Notes under the pieces: model-generated
The model's input: only the letters and a program-made list of their open reading frames with translations
Database searches by the model: none
Told to the model about the DNA's origin: nothing
Program-made: the position numbers and the translations under genes
Shown here: one piece after another, positions 25,701 through 37,700 of the stretch
Position numbering within the stretch: the stretch's first letter is position 1
Layout of the letters: each line of letters begins with the position of its first letter
Source of the DNA: Mobula hypostoma
Lineage: Eukaryota
Assembly: GCF_963921235.1 (NCBI RefSeq)
Contig: NC_086097.1
Location: 203,238,001-203,302,000 of the forward strand
Length of the DNA: 64,000 bases
Direction of reading: 5' to 3'

Positions 25701-28700
25701 CCTCCTATGTGACGTAGCTACTGGCCAACCCCGCCCCGTCGTCCCAGCAGCCTGGCGCCGGCGGGTTTTTGAGTCCATTCACAACTTAGCGCACCCCTCC
25801 ATCAGGACAACCGTCCAGCTGGTCGCCAACAGGTTCGTGTGGCATGGGCTGCGTAAACAGGTCAGTGAATGGGCCAAAACGTGCATGCAGTGCCAAACGG
25901 CCAAGGTGCAGCGGCACACCAAGGCTCCACCGCAGCGGTTCGAACCCACCCGCCGGAGGTTCGACCACATCCATGTGGATATCGTGGGGCCCCTGCCAAT
26001 GTCGCGAGGAGCGCGGTACCTCCTAACTATGGTAGACTGGTTCACCAGATGGCCAGAGGCAGTCCCGCTCACCAACACCACCTCCGAATCCTGCGCCCGA
26101 GCACTGATCGCAACCTAGGTAGCCCGCTTCGGGGTACCGGCCCACATTACCTCCGACAGGGGCGCCCAGTTCACCTCCAGCCTGTGGTCGGCTGTGGCCA
26201 ACCTTTTAGAATCGCAGCTACACCACACAACTGCCTACCACCTACAGTCTAATGGACTAGTGGAGTGCTTCCACCGTCACCTAAAATCGGCTCTCATGGC
26301 CCGCCTGGAGGGGCCTAACTGGGTGAACGAGCTTCCTTGGGTCCTGCTCGGAATCCGCACGGTGCCCAAAAAGGATCTGCACACCTCGTCGGCCGAGTTG
26401 GTGTGCGGCGCACCCCTGGTCGTCCCAGGAGAGTTCATACCAGCCCCAAGCGGGCAGGAGGAAGAACCCACAGCAGTCCTGGACAGACTACGGGAGAGGC
26501 TCGGTAACCTGGCCCCCAAACCCACTTCACAGCATGGACAGAGCCCGACCCGCGTACCCAAAGACCTGCAGAACTGTAAGTTTCTTTTTGTACGACGGGG
26601 CGGACACAGGGCAGAGCACCGCTACAGTGGCCCTACGAGGGGCCGTTTAAGGTGATCAGGAACAATGGGTCCACGTTCGTGCTAGACATTGGGGGGAAGA
26701 GAGGAGGTTTTCACGGTGGACTGACTCAAACCGGCCCATGTGGACTTGGCGCAGCCGGTCCAGGCTCAGGCACCACGGCGCAGGGGCAGACCTCCCAAAC
26801 AGAGGCCGATCCAGACTGTGGACATTGGGGGAGGTATCGCCAGTTCTGGGGGGGGGGGGCGGTATGTGGCGACCCACTTTCTGGCACACACAAACCGGCT
26901 CACAACAGCGCGCGCAGGCAGAGGGCCGGCCCCAAAAAGGGCGCCAGGCCATCTTCACCAGCAGGGGGAAAATCCCGCGCGCGGGAAGGGTCTGGGAATA
27001 TGCATTCCCCACAGCAGTCCCGTCCCAGGGAGGGCGGGAACGGGAAGGCTTTAAAGCAGGCCGCGAAGTTTGAATAAATCTCTTTCATCGCGACTCTAAC
27101 TCGCCGACTCCATGTGGTTATTCTAGCACTGTGTGTAGCACACCGCTACACTTCCTCATTATTTTAGACACCTCTATAGATCAACACTCCATTCTCCTGT
27201 GGTCCAAATGAATAAAGTCCGAGCCTGATCAACCTCTCTCCATTACTCAGTCCCTCAATACAGGCAATATCCGTGTAAATCTTTTCTTGCGTTTTATTGT
27301 TTACCAGCACTGCACTTTCTCTGAAGCTTTTACACTTTAATCTTGTTTTACTTCAAAGTATTGTGTGATATGGATTTGTTCCGTATGAACAGGATGCAAG
27401 ACAAACTTTTCACTGTACCTTGGTATAAATAATAAACCAACACCAATACGAATCATGGTATCTTCCCTGTAGCAGGGTAACCATCACTGATTGTACTATT
27501 ACAGCGGTCCCCAACCCTTTTTGCACCGCAGACCGGTTTAATATTGACAATATTCTTGCGGACCGGCCAACCGGTGGCGGGGGGGGGGGGTCGGGGGTTG
27601 GTATTAATCACAACCGGAATATAGGTGATAAGTCAAATATGAGTCACTTATAAGTGGCTAATACACTCAATTTTGTTTCTAAAAGGGTTTATCTAATGAA
27701 TTTAATATTAAACACAGCGCATATTTTCCTCGCAGGAATATAGTGATAAGTCAATAGCATCATAACATTTTAAGTAACATTTGGATATTAAACACACAGC
27801 GCATATTTTCCCTGTATGAACATATAAAATCATTACTACACACCAATATCGCTGAATCAGTGAGATCCTTTTGGATCTCCCCCTCCCCCTCCAACTTTCA
27901 AATCCCTTACTCACTCTTCCTTCAGTTAGTCCTGACGAAGGGTCTCGGCCTGAAACGTCGACTACACCTCTTCCTACAGATGCTGCTTGGCCTGCTGCGT
28001 TCACCAGCAACTTTGATGTGTGTCGCTGAATCAGTGGGAGCCCTGGGCTTGTTTCCCTGCAACAAGACAGTCCCATCGAGGGGTGATGGGAGACAGCAAT
28101 ACTCGAAGGGGGCGCCTTATGTCCAGTCTATTCCGCAATTTAGTTTTCGTTGCATTTATTACAGAAAACCCCGCTCCGCAGAGATATGTTGGAAATGGAA
28201 GCAACGTTTTCAGTGTTTTCGTGGCTATCTCAGGATATTCAGCCTTGACTTTGATCCAGAATGCCAGCAGAAATGTTATGTCAAACATACTTTTCAGCCC
28301 ACCGTCATCTGCAAGCTCGAGGAGTTGATCTTCTTCCCGCGCTAACATGGATGACGCATGCGTAATGACCTCACGTGCGTTCAAGTTCAACAGTAGGCAT
28401 GACAGGGCATGAGGAAAGGTGCAGCTGACTCATATTGTTTCATATCGCCAAATCATATTGTTTCCTCGCAGCCCGGTAGCACATGCTTTGTGGCCTGGTG
28501 GTTGGGGACCACTGTACTATTAGACCATAATGTCATAAGCTATAGGAGCAGAATGAGGCCATTTGGCCCATCAAATCTGCTCCACCATTTCATCACAGCT
28601 GACCCAATTTTCCTCTCAGCCCAAATCTCCTGCCTTTACCCCATATCCCTTCACGCCCTGACCAATCAAGTATCTATCAACCTCTGCCTTAAATATACAT

Positions 28701-31700
28701 AAAGACACAGCTGCCTATGGCAAAGAATTCCACATATTCACCACTCTCTGGCTAAAGAAATTCCTCCTTATCTGCATTGTAAGAGTATGCCCCTCTATTC
28801 CGAGGCTGTCCCCTGGGGACTTAGACTCTCCCACCAGAGGAAGCATCCTTTCCACATCCACTCTATCAAGGCCTTTCACCATTCAATAAGTCTCAATGAG
28901 GTCACCCCTCACTCTTCTGAATTCTGGTGAATACAGGCCCAGAGCAGTCAAACAATCTTCATATGACAAGCCATTCAATCCTGGAATCCAAATGTTGCCT
29001 CACCAATTTCTTGTACAAGTGCAACATAACATCCCAACTTCTATACTCAAGTTACACGTGTAACAAACTCATTCGTAAGGCCAATGATGTTGTGGGGATG
29101 GAACTGGACTCTCTGACGGTGGTGTCTGAAAAGAGGATGCTGTCCAAGTTGCATGCCATCTTGGACAATGTCTCCCATCCACTACATAATGTACTGGGTG
29201 GGCACAGGAGTACATTCAGCCAGAGACTCATTCCACCGAGATGCAACACAGAGCATCATAGGAAGTCATTCCTGCCTGTGGCCATCAAACTTACAACTCC
29301 TCCCTTGAAGGGTCAGACACCCTGAGCCAAAAGGCTGGTCCTGGACTTATTTCTTGGCATAATTTACATATCACTATTTAACTATATGGTTTTATTACTA
29401 TTTATTTATGGTGCAACTGTAACGAAAACCAATTTCCCTCGGGATCAATAAAGTATGACTATGACTATTTATTGTCAAAGAATGTATAAATGATGCAACC
29501 TTGAGATTTGCTTGCTCACAGGTAGCCACAATGCAAGAAATCCGAAAGAACCCAATTAAAGAAAAAAAAATAAAAAGACCAGCACAGCAAGAGAACGAAA
29601 GAAAATACAAATCATGCAAACACTGGAAGCGAACAACAGCATTCCAAAGCAAAATTGAGCCCTCAGATCCGAATGTCCTGACTGATGAAAGCCAGCAAGC
29701 CAAAATGCTTCACCACTACCCTGGGTAACTGTGACACACTTTCACAGAACCATATATTTATACTCCTAGATCCCTCCCTTCAACAACGATCCCAAACGCC
29801 TACCATTTACTGTGAAAGTCCCACCCTGATCTGTCTTCCTAGAATGCAATAGCTCACACTCATCTGAACTGAACTTCATCTGTCATTCCTCAATCCAGGT
29901 ACCCAGCTAATTACAATACCAATATAATTCTTTATAATCTTCTTCATTGTCTCCTAACAGATCTATTTTTAGTGATATCTATACGCTTACTAATCGTGTT
30001 TTTGTGGCTTCACCAACATTGTTGATATTGATGACAAGTTACTATGGGCCTTGCAACAGTACCTGAAGTACACCACAAACATGAGCCTCCTGTCTAAAAA
30101 GTTAATTTTTCATCTTCATTCTCCACTCTCTTCAAGTCAATTGCATGCACAAGTAATTTGGTCTCCCTGGATCCCACGCGATCTAATTTTCTATAGCAAC
30201 CTACGACATAGTACAATCTGTGCATGAGGGCTGATTCTGGGGAATTCACATATTCTCACACAATCTCATTGGCTTTTGAGGGGTGCTCCAATTTCCTCTT
30301 ACAAAGATGAGCTGGTGGCCAAATGGTTACTACAAATTACCCTTTAGTGCGGAGATAAAGGGAAGCTGTGGAGTATGTGAGGAAAAGTAAGTTGACCCCA
30401 GGAATGAAAGGGTTAATGTATGAAGAGCGTTTGATGGCTCTGGGCTGTACTTGCTGGAGTTTTGGAGCATGAGTGAGAATCTCATTGAAATCTATTAAAT
30501 ATTGAAAAACATAGATAGAACTGACATGGAGAGAATGTTTCCTACAGGATCAGCAAGCATGACCTCAAAATACAAGGACGCCTCTTTAGAATATAGATGA
30601 AGAGAAACTGGCCAGAGGGTGGTGAATCTGTGGAATTTGTTGCCACAGACAGCTGCGGCAACTGAGTCATTGGGTATATTTAAAGTGGAGATGGATAGGT
30701 TCTTGATTAGTAAGGCTCTGTAAGGTTACAGGGAGAAGTCAGGAGAACGGTGCTGAGAGGGCTAATAAATCAGCCTAATTCCGCTCCTATGTCTTACCGT
30801 CTTATTATCAAAGGTTTTACTGAAATATTATGTCTACTGCCCTGCCCTCATTAAACATCTTGGCTAATTCTTTAAGGGAATCAATTAAATTCTTGAGCCA
30901 TGATTGCTTGAAGCCATACTGCTTATTCCTAATCAACCCCTGTCCCCCCAAGTACATGTGTATCAACTCTTGGAATCCCTGCAATCATCATGACAGTACT
31001 GTTTTGCAAAAGTAGTGAAAGGTAGACCAGTAAAATTCAAACAAGCCATATTTGTAAAGATGAAAATCATATCATTGAAGTATCTGGACAAAAAATGAGA
31101 TAATAGTTTAAAATTTGGAGGATTTAAGTTTTTTTTGTAGTAACAATTACTTAAGGCAGTTCTGAAGTGACTAAAGTGCACAAGAAACAGAGTAAAACAT
31201 TGTCGACCATTTTGGCAAACAAGGATAATTCAATAGTCAAGAATAATGGAAGGATCAAGGATTGAGATAAAGAGAAAAAGACAGTAATTTGTGATATACA
31301 ATTTAGGCTAAGGAAAATAAAACCCCTAAGGATCATGCATGAGGTGAAGAGCAAATCTGTGGCTGAGACACACATGTGGCCAATTACATTTTTGGCATGA
31401 AGTCCATTTCATATTGAAACATCATGCTGTGGTCAGGCCTGAGAATGGAGAATTCTGGAGTTGATCACTTTGCCTTTTCTTCAATGAGATTAGACCAGCA
31501 GGAGGCTGCAGAGGGAGATATTGCGCATGATTTGGATAAAACTCAATCAAAATGTAACTCTGCATCAGATGTTCTCAGGCCCATAAATTTTAAGGGCTAA
31601 CAGTACACCAAAAGAGTAAACTCTAGGAAGAGGTGCAGTCGACGTTTCAGGCCGAGACCCTTCATCAGGACTAACTGAAGGAAAAGTTAGTAAGAGATTT

Positions 31701-34700
31701 GAAAGTGGTGGGGAGGGGGAGATCCAAAATGATAGGAGAAGACAGGAGGGGGAGGGATGGAGCCAAGAGCTGGACAGGTGATTGGCAAAGGGGATATGAG
31801 AGGATCATGGGACAGGAGGCCCAGGGAGAAAGATAAGGTGGGGGGGGGAACCCAGAGGATGGGCAAAGGGTATAGTCAGAGGGACAGAGGGAGAAAAAGG
31901 AGAGTGAGAGAAAGAATGTGTGTATATAAGTAAATAGCGGATGGGGTACGAGGGGGAAGTGGGGCATTAGCGGAAGTTAGGGAAGTCAATGTTTATACCA
32001 TCAAGTTGGAGGCTACCCAGATGGAATATAAGGTGTTGTTCCTCCAACCTAAGTGTGGTTTCATTTTTACAGTAGAGGAGGCTGTGGATAGACATGTCAA
32101 AATGGGAATAGGATGTGGAATTAAAATGTGTGGCCACTGGGAGATCCTGCTTTCTCTGGCGGACAGAGCGTAGGCGTTCAGCAAAGCGGTCTCCCAGTGT
32201 GCGTCGGGTCTCGCCAATATATAGAAGGTCACATCCGGAGCACCAGACGCAGTATATCACCCCAGCACAACTCCTTATTTTCCGTCTGGGTAGCCTCCAA
32301 CCTGATAGCATGAACATTGACTTCTCTAACTTCCGCTAATGCCCCACCTCCCCTTTGTACCCCATCCATTATTTATTTTTATACACACATTCTTTCTCTC
32401 ACTCTCCTTTTTTTCCCTCTGTCCCTCTGAATATACCCCTTGCGCATCCTCTGGGTTTCCCCCCCTCCTTGTCTTTCTCCCCGGATCTCCTGTCCCATGA
32501 TCCTCTCATATCCCCTTTTGCCAATCACCTGTCCAGCTCTTGGCTCCATCCCTCCCCCTACTGTCTTCTCCTATCATTTTGGATCTCCCCCTCCCCCTCC
32601 CACTTTCAAATCTCTTACTAACTCTTCATTCAGTTAGGCCTGACGAAGGGTCTCGGCCTGAAATGTCGACTGTACTTCTTCCTAGAGATGCTGCCTGGCC
32701 TGCTGCGTTCACTGCAACTTTGATATGTGTTGCTTGAATTTCCAGCATCTGCAGAATTCCTGCTGTTTGCGACCAGAAGAGTAAAGATTGATTCTCTGAG
32801 AATCTTTGGTAGGAACACGAGTGGGTTTGCTGTTCCCTTGAGTTGTATAGCAGCTAGTGCATCAATGGTCTAGGTGCCAAAGTACTACAAGAAAAAAAAG
32901 ATAACTAGTATGAGAGAATGAAATTGCCCATTGGCCACAATTGGGATGATGTGGAATCGTGAATAAGCTGATCTAAGATCAAATAAAGAAGATTGCCAAA
33001 CTTCAAAAATCACAGGAGACTATAAATTATTTTTGTAATTCTTTATTTTCAAAATTGAAAATGTTTCAATTACAATACATTTTATTTCCAGATTTTCTCT
33101 CCCCTTGAAATCTTTATTAAATCTTACAATCTAGCCTCAAAAATCATGCACCATCTACTTTCAGGTCCATATAGAACTGTACAACACGGAAACTTCAGCC
33201 TTAGATGTCTGACCAAACATGATGCTGAATTAAACCACATCTCTTCTACCTGCATATGATCCATATCTCTCCATTTTCTGCATATTCATGTGTGTATCTA
33301 ACAGGTTCTCAAATGCCTCTTTCATATCTGTTTCCATCACTACCTATGGTACACTGGTCCATGCATCTACCACTCACTGTGTGAAAAAAAGTCTTGTACT
33401 TCATGCTTGCTTTAATCTCCCCAAACGACCCTCCCCCACCTCAAATGCTTGCCACAAATACTTGTCATTTCTACCTTGGGGGAAAAAAGATTCTGACTGT
33501 CTCCTCTATCTATGTCTTACATAATTTTTCAACTTTTTGCAGATCTCCACTTGACTTCCAATACTCCAGAGAAAACAACCCAAGTCTGTCCAACCTTTCC
33601 TTGTAGCTGACACTCCCTGACTCTTGCAGCATCTCAGAAAACCAAAGATGGACTGGGGTGACCAAAATTGCACACAATACTCCAAATGCAGCCCACTCAA
33701 AGTTTTACAAGAGCACAAAAGCAGCCAAAGGAAAACACACCTTTTAATTTCACTATGAATTATGCTCCCATTTGGCACCTAACTATATTAGCAGAGACAA
33801 AATCAAGATTGCCCAACAGAAAGCAGATGTAGAAAGCATAGAAGAATAAAGCTAAAAACATTGTTACACACCAATCCTGTGCTGATTTTACCATTCCACA
33901 TTCTCCTTACAAGGAATATGAATTAATAACAAAGATATTTTTATGTACAAAGTATACTTCAGTGTATGAAAAGAGGTAAAATCTTTATTATATTGGTAAT
34001 CAAATTTTTAAACATGACATAAGAATTTGCCATTCTTCTTGTGAAAAATATTTTGTTCTATTCTTGATGAAAATCTGCTTAGCTTAATTGCCTAACACTT
34101 ACAGTAAGTGCCAAGACCCCTGTCTTATTAGTTCATTACAAATTTAATATCACTTCAATGTTAACTGTATCAGAATGAAATTATCTTATAAATTTGATAA
34201 CTATGTACATCAGATGTGGAGAGGATGTTTCCACATGTGGAAGAATCTAGATTAGGTGTAACTGTGCCGTTGTCCAATTAAAGCAGGTGAACCAAAACTT
34301 GTTTTCCAGATTAATGTGAGTGAGTGGAGCTCTCTTCCTATAACAAAAGTAATAAGTGAATGGGCAAATAGGAAACTACATCAATGATCTTCAGGTCTCA
34401 CATTCAAAGCTTAAGCACGGAGCAGCTAGGCCGAAAACACAAAAGGAGAGGTGGGATTCAAAGCAGGCTGAAGCACAGGGATGAGCCCTCCTCAACTGAG
34501 CAGCTTCTTAGAACGTACAGTCACTTGAAAATAAGATAGATGACCTCAGGGCAAGGTTGCTGTATCTGAGGCAGATCTCAATTGTTTGTTGCACTGAGAC
34601 TTGATTAACAGCGAACACGCCAGATGCAGCTATCCGACCAGAAGGCTTTATGATTTTCAGAATGGATCGAACCTCGAATTCTGGTAAGGAAAAGGTGGCG

Positions 34701-37700
34701 GTGTATTATTTTTTAGTCAATGCTCGTTAATGAAAGGACCCTGGAGTTATGCCAACTTCTTGTTCTCCTGACATAGAACAATTAATTAAATGTAGACCAT
34801 CCTACTTTCCTTGAGAATTCTCATCTGTGATCTTGACCGCAGTTTACATACCACCTGCGGCCAATTACAAACAAGCACTTACGAAACTCTACGATGCTGT
34901 CTGTAAACAAGAAACAGCCCATCCCGACGCATTTCAAATTATAGTCGGTGACTTTAACCAGGCCTGTCTGAAGAAAACCCTGCTCGATTATCACCAGCAT
35001 GTAACCTGTTGCACCAGCAGTCCTAGAACACTAGTTCACTGCTATACTATGAGAAAGAATACCTCTCGTTCCTTCCCAAGAGTCCATTTTGGCAAGCTGA
35101 ATCATTTAGCTGTACTCCTACTATTTAGACAGAGCCTAAAGAGCAAACTCCAGAGATCAAAGGTGATCGCAGGAGGCTGAGGAACGGTAACAGGATTACC
35201 TTGAGTCAGTGGACTGGGCCGTGTTCAAGAAGTCATCTGAGTACCTGAATGACGACATCAGGGGTGTTACAGACTTTATTAAAACAGCTGTGGGTGACTG
35301 CGTCCCCACAAAATTGTTCAGAGTTTTCCCCAGTTAGAAGCCCTGAATGAACAATGAAATCCAGAACCTCTGAGAGCCAGATCAGAAGCACATAAGTCAG
35401 GAGATCAAGAATGTTACAAGAAGTGCAGGTATGATCACCAGGAAAACAATTCTCGAGTGAAGTGGAGATTCCAGGTTAGACTTGAATCAACGAGGGATGC
35501 TCGACAGCTGTGGCAAGGTTTGAATGCCATAACCTCCTACAAAGTTAAATCTTGTGACATAAGGGACAGCACAGCTTCGCTTCCAGATGAGCTCAATACC
35601 TTCTATGCTCGCGTTGACCACCAGAACAGGGAGCAACCATCATAATGATCCTTTAGTCTCAGTATCTGTAGATGACGTAAGGACTACCTTCAAGAGAGTG
35701 AATTTAAGGAAAGCATCTGGTCTGGACGGAGTACCTAGCTGAGTACTGAAGACCTGTGCCGACCAATTGGCTGGTGTGTTCAATAGGTTTCAATAGGTGC
35801 ATTTAATGTCAGAGAAATAGATACAATATACTTTTTCTTTGCAATCATCCACAAAAACAGAGGAGTGCCCCGAAGAATGAATGACAGTTAAATGTTAGAA
35901 CCCCTAAGCCCCCCCACAGCTCCCCCCACACATAAGCAGCAGCAAAGCAACAACCCCACCTCCCCCACCAGCAAAAAAACAACAGCGCCCCCACCAAGCG
36001 CTCAAGCATGTAGCAAAGCATCGATAAAGAAACAGACTTGCAGTGCCCAAGGACTACTCGTCCACCCGGTATTCGACATACCACAGGCTCTCTCTCCCTA
36101 AGAGATGTCCCTGTTTCACAGCGAGAGGGGAGACATAACAAACAACTCATCAATTTACGGTGTTAAAAGTCTGTTGCGTCGCTTCTTCTGAGCTCTGTGC
36201 CCAAAGAACTCGGGTCTCTGGGCACATAACCAGCAGCCAGCTCGCTGCTTTCGAGCTGTCTCCCACAACGCACCAGGCGGCGGCACCAACCTCAAGTCCG
36301 CCCGTCTCTAGATATTCACGGATACTGTCAACCTCTCACTCCCACGTTGTGTGGTACCCACCTGCTTCAAGCAAGATTCTATTGTACAGGTGCCAAGAGG
36401 GGAGGGTAGTGGGGTAGGGAGGGAACGTCGACTCAGACCATGAGAGGCCTGCATCAGGCATATTCACGCCTTACAAGGTGCAGTTTGGAAGTCTGTGTGG
36501 GGCACCACTCCTCGCACAGACACTAGAGCAATGTGTGGTTAAGTGTCTTGCTCAAGGACACAAACATGCTACCACAGCTGAGGCTCGAACTAATGACCTT
36601 CAGATCACTAGACGAACGCCTTAACCACTTGGCCACGTGCCCAACAAGAGCGTGGTAACCTGTCTAAATGACTATCACCCAGTGGCAACCTGTCTAAATG
36701 ACTATCATCCACAGTGATGAGTGTTTTGAGAGGCTGGTGATGAAGCATACCAGCTCCTGTCTGAATGGCAACTTGGATCTGCTTTAATTCGCCTACCAAA
36801 GCAACACGTCTACAGCAGGTGCCATCTCGTTAACTCTTCACACAACACCGGAACACCTGGACAGCAAAGATGCATACATCAGGATACTCTTTATCGATTA
36901 CAGCTCGGCATTTAACACCATCACCCCCTCAAAACTAATCAATAAGCTCCAAGACCTGGGCCTCAATATCCCCTTGTGCAATTGGATTCTGGATTTCCTC
37001 AAGTGCAGACCCCAGTTGGTATGAATTGGCGAAAACATCTCCTCCACAATCTCCAACAGCACAGGAACACCACAGGGAAGTGTACTTAGCCCCCTACTCT
37101 ACTCGCTTTACACCTATGACTGTGTGGCTAAGTACAGCTCCAACACCACATACAAGTTTGATGATGACACCACTGTTGTGGGCTGCATCAAAGGGGGTGA
37201 TGAAGCAGCATACAGGAGGGAGATTGAAAACTTGGCTAAGTGGTGTAATAACAACAACTTCACACTCAATGTCAATAAGGCTAAAGAGCTGATTGTAGAC
37301 TTCAAGAGAGGGAAACCAGAGGTCCACGAACCAGTAATCACTGGAGGATTAGAGGGGGAGAGGGTCAGTAACTTTAAATTCATGGTTGTCACTATCTCAG
37401 AGGACCTGAGATAGTAATACCCATGAATTTAAAGAACAGGTTCAAGAACAGTTACTACCCCTTAACCAACAGGCCCTTGAACAAAAGGGGATAGCTACAC
37501 TCATTTAAGGACTCTGTTATATTGTTATTTCATGTTTGTTATTTATTGCTATTTATTTACATCTACATTTGCACAGTTTGTTTACAGTTACTGTTCTATA
37601 GATTTGCTAAGTATGCCCACAGAAAAAGAATGTCAGGGTTGTATGTAGTGACATGTATGCACTCTGATAATAAATTTTACTTTGTACTTTGCAACATCTT

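Larger units (their letters stand above)
22763..27150 (+). mobile_element. Ty3/Gypsy LTR retrotransposon, CsRn1/Kabuki-type; complete provirus with disrupted ORFs
   Basis: 286-bp TG..CA LTRs; CTTC TSD; PBS; G-run PPT (~26848-26859); gag KLPSFW..WF.QAEAQF; CHCC box; protease FLVDT; RT YLDD; RNase H LTVDAS; integrase HHCC/DIVGP/GPF; frameshifts and a TAG stop at 26116-26118. Confidence 0.93.
31621..32771. mobile_element. Penelope-like element insertion with GIY-YIG fragment and ~420-bp inverted arms
   Basis: [21 protein letters not shown]...[19 protein letters not shown] on minus (31967-32265); inverted copy of the 3' part at ~32268-32688; TSD ACCAAAAGAGTAAA (31607-31620) / ACCAGAAGAGTAAA (32772-32785). 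Confidence 0.88.

Noticed and set aside
23226..27088. Many antisense and overlapping ORFs in the Gypsy element, including a possible env
   Set aside because: By-products of GC-rich sequence; there is no room for env between integrase and the PPT
36560..36642. tRNA gene
   Set aside because: A/B boxes run into a SINE body; no clean cloverleaf or terminator
36652..36711. 30-bp tandem duplication (GTGG.AACCTGTCTAAATGACTATCA.CCA)
   Set aside because: Two copies within a dead LINE; simple slippage, not an array
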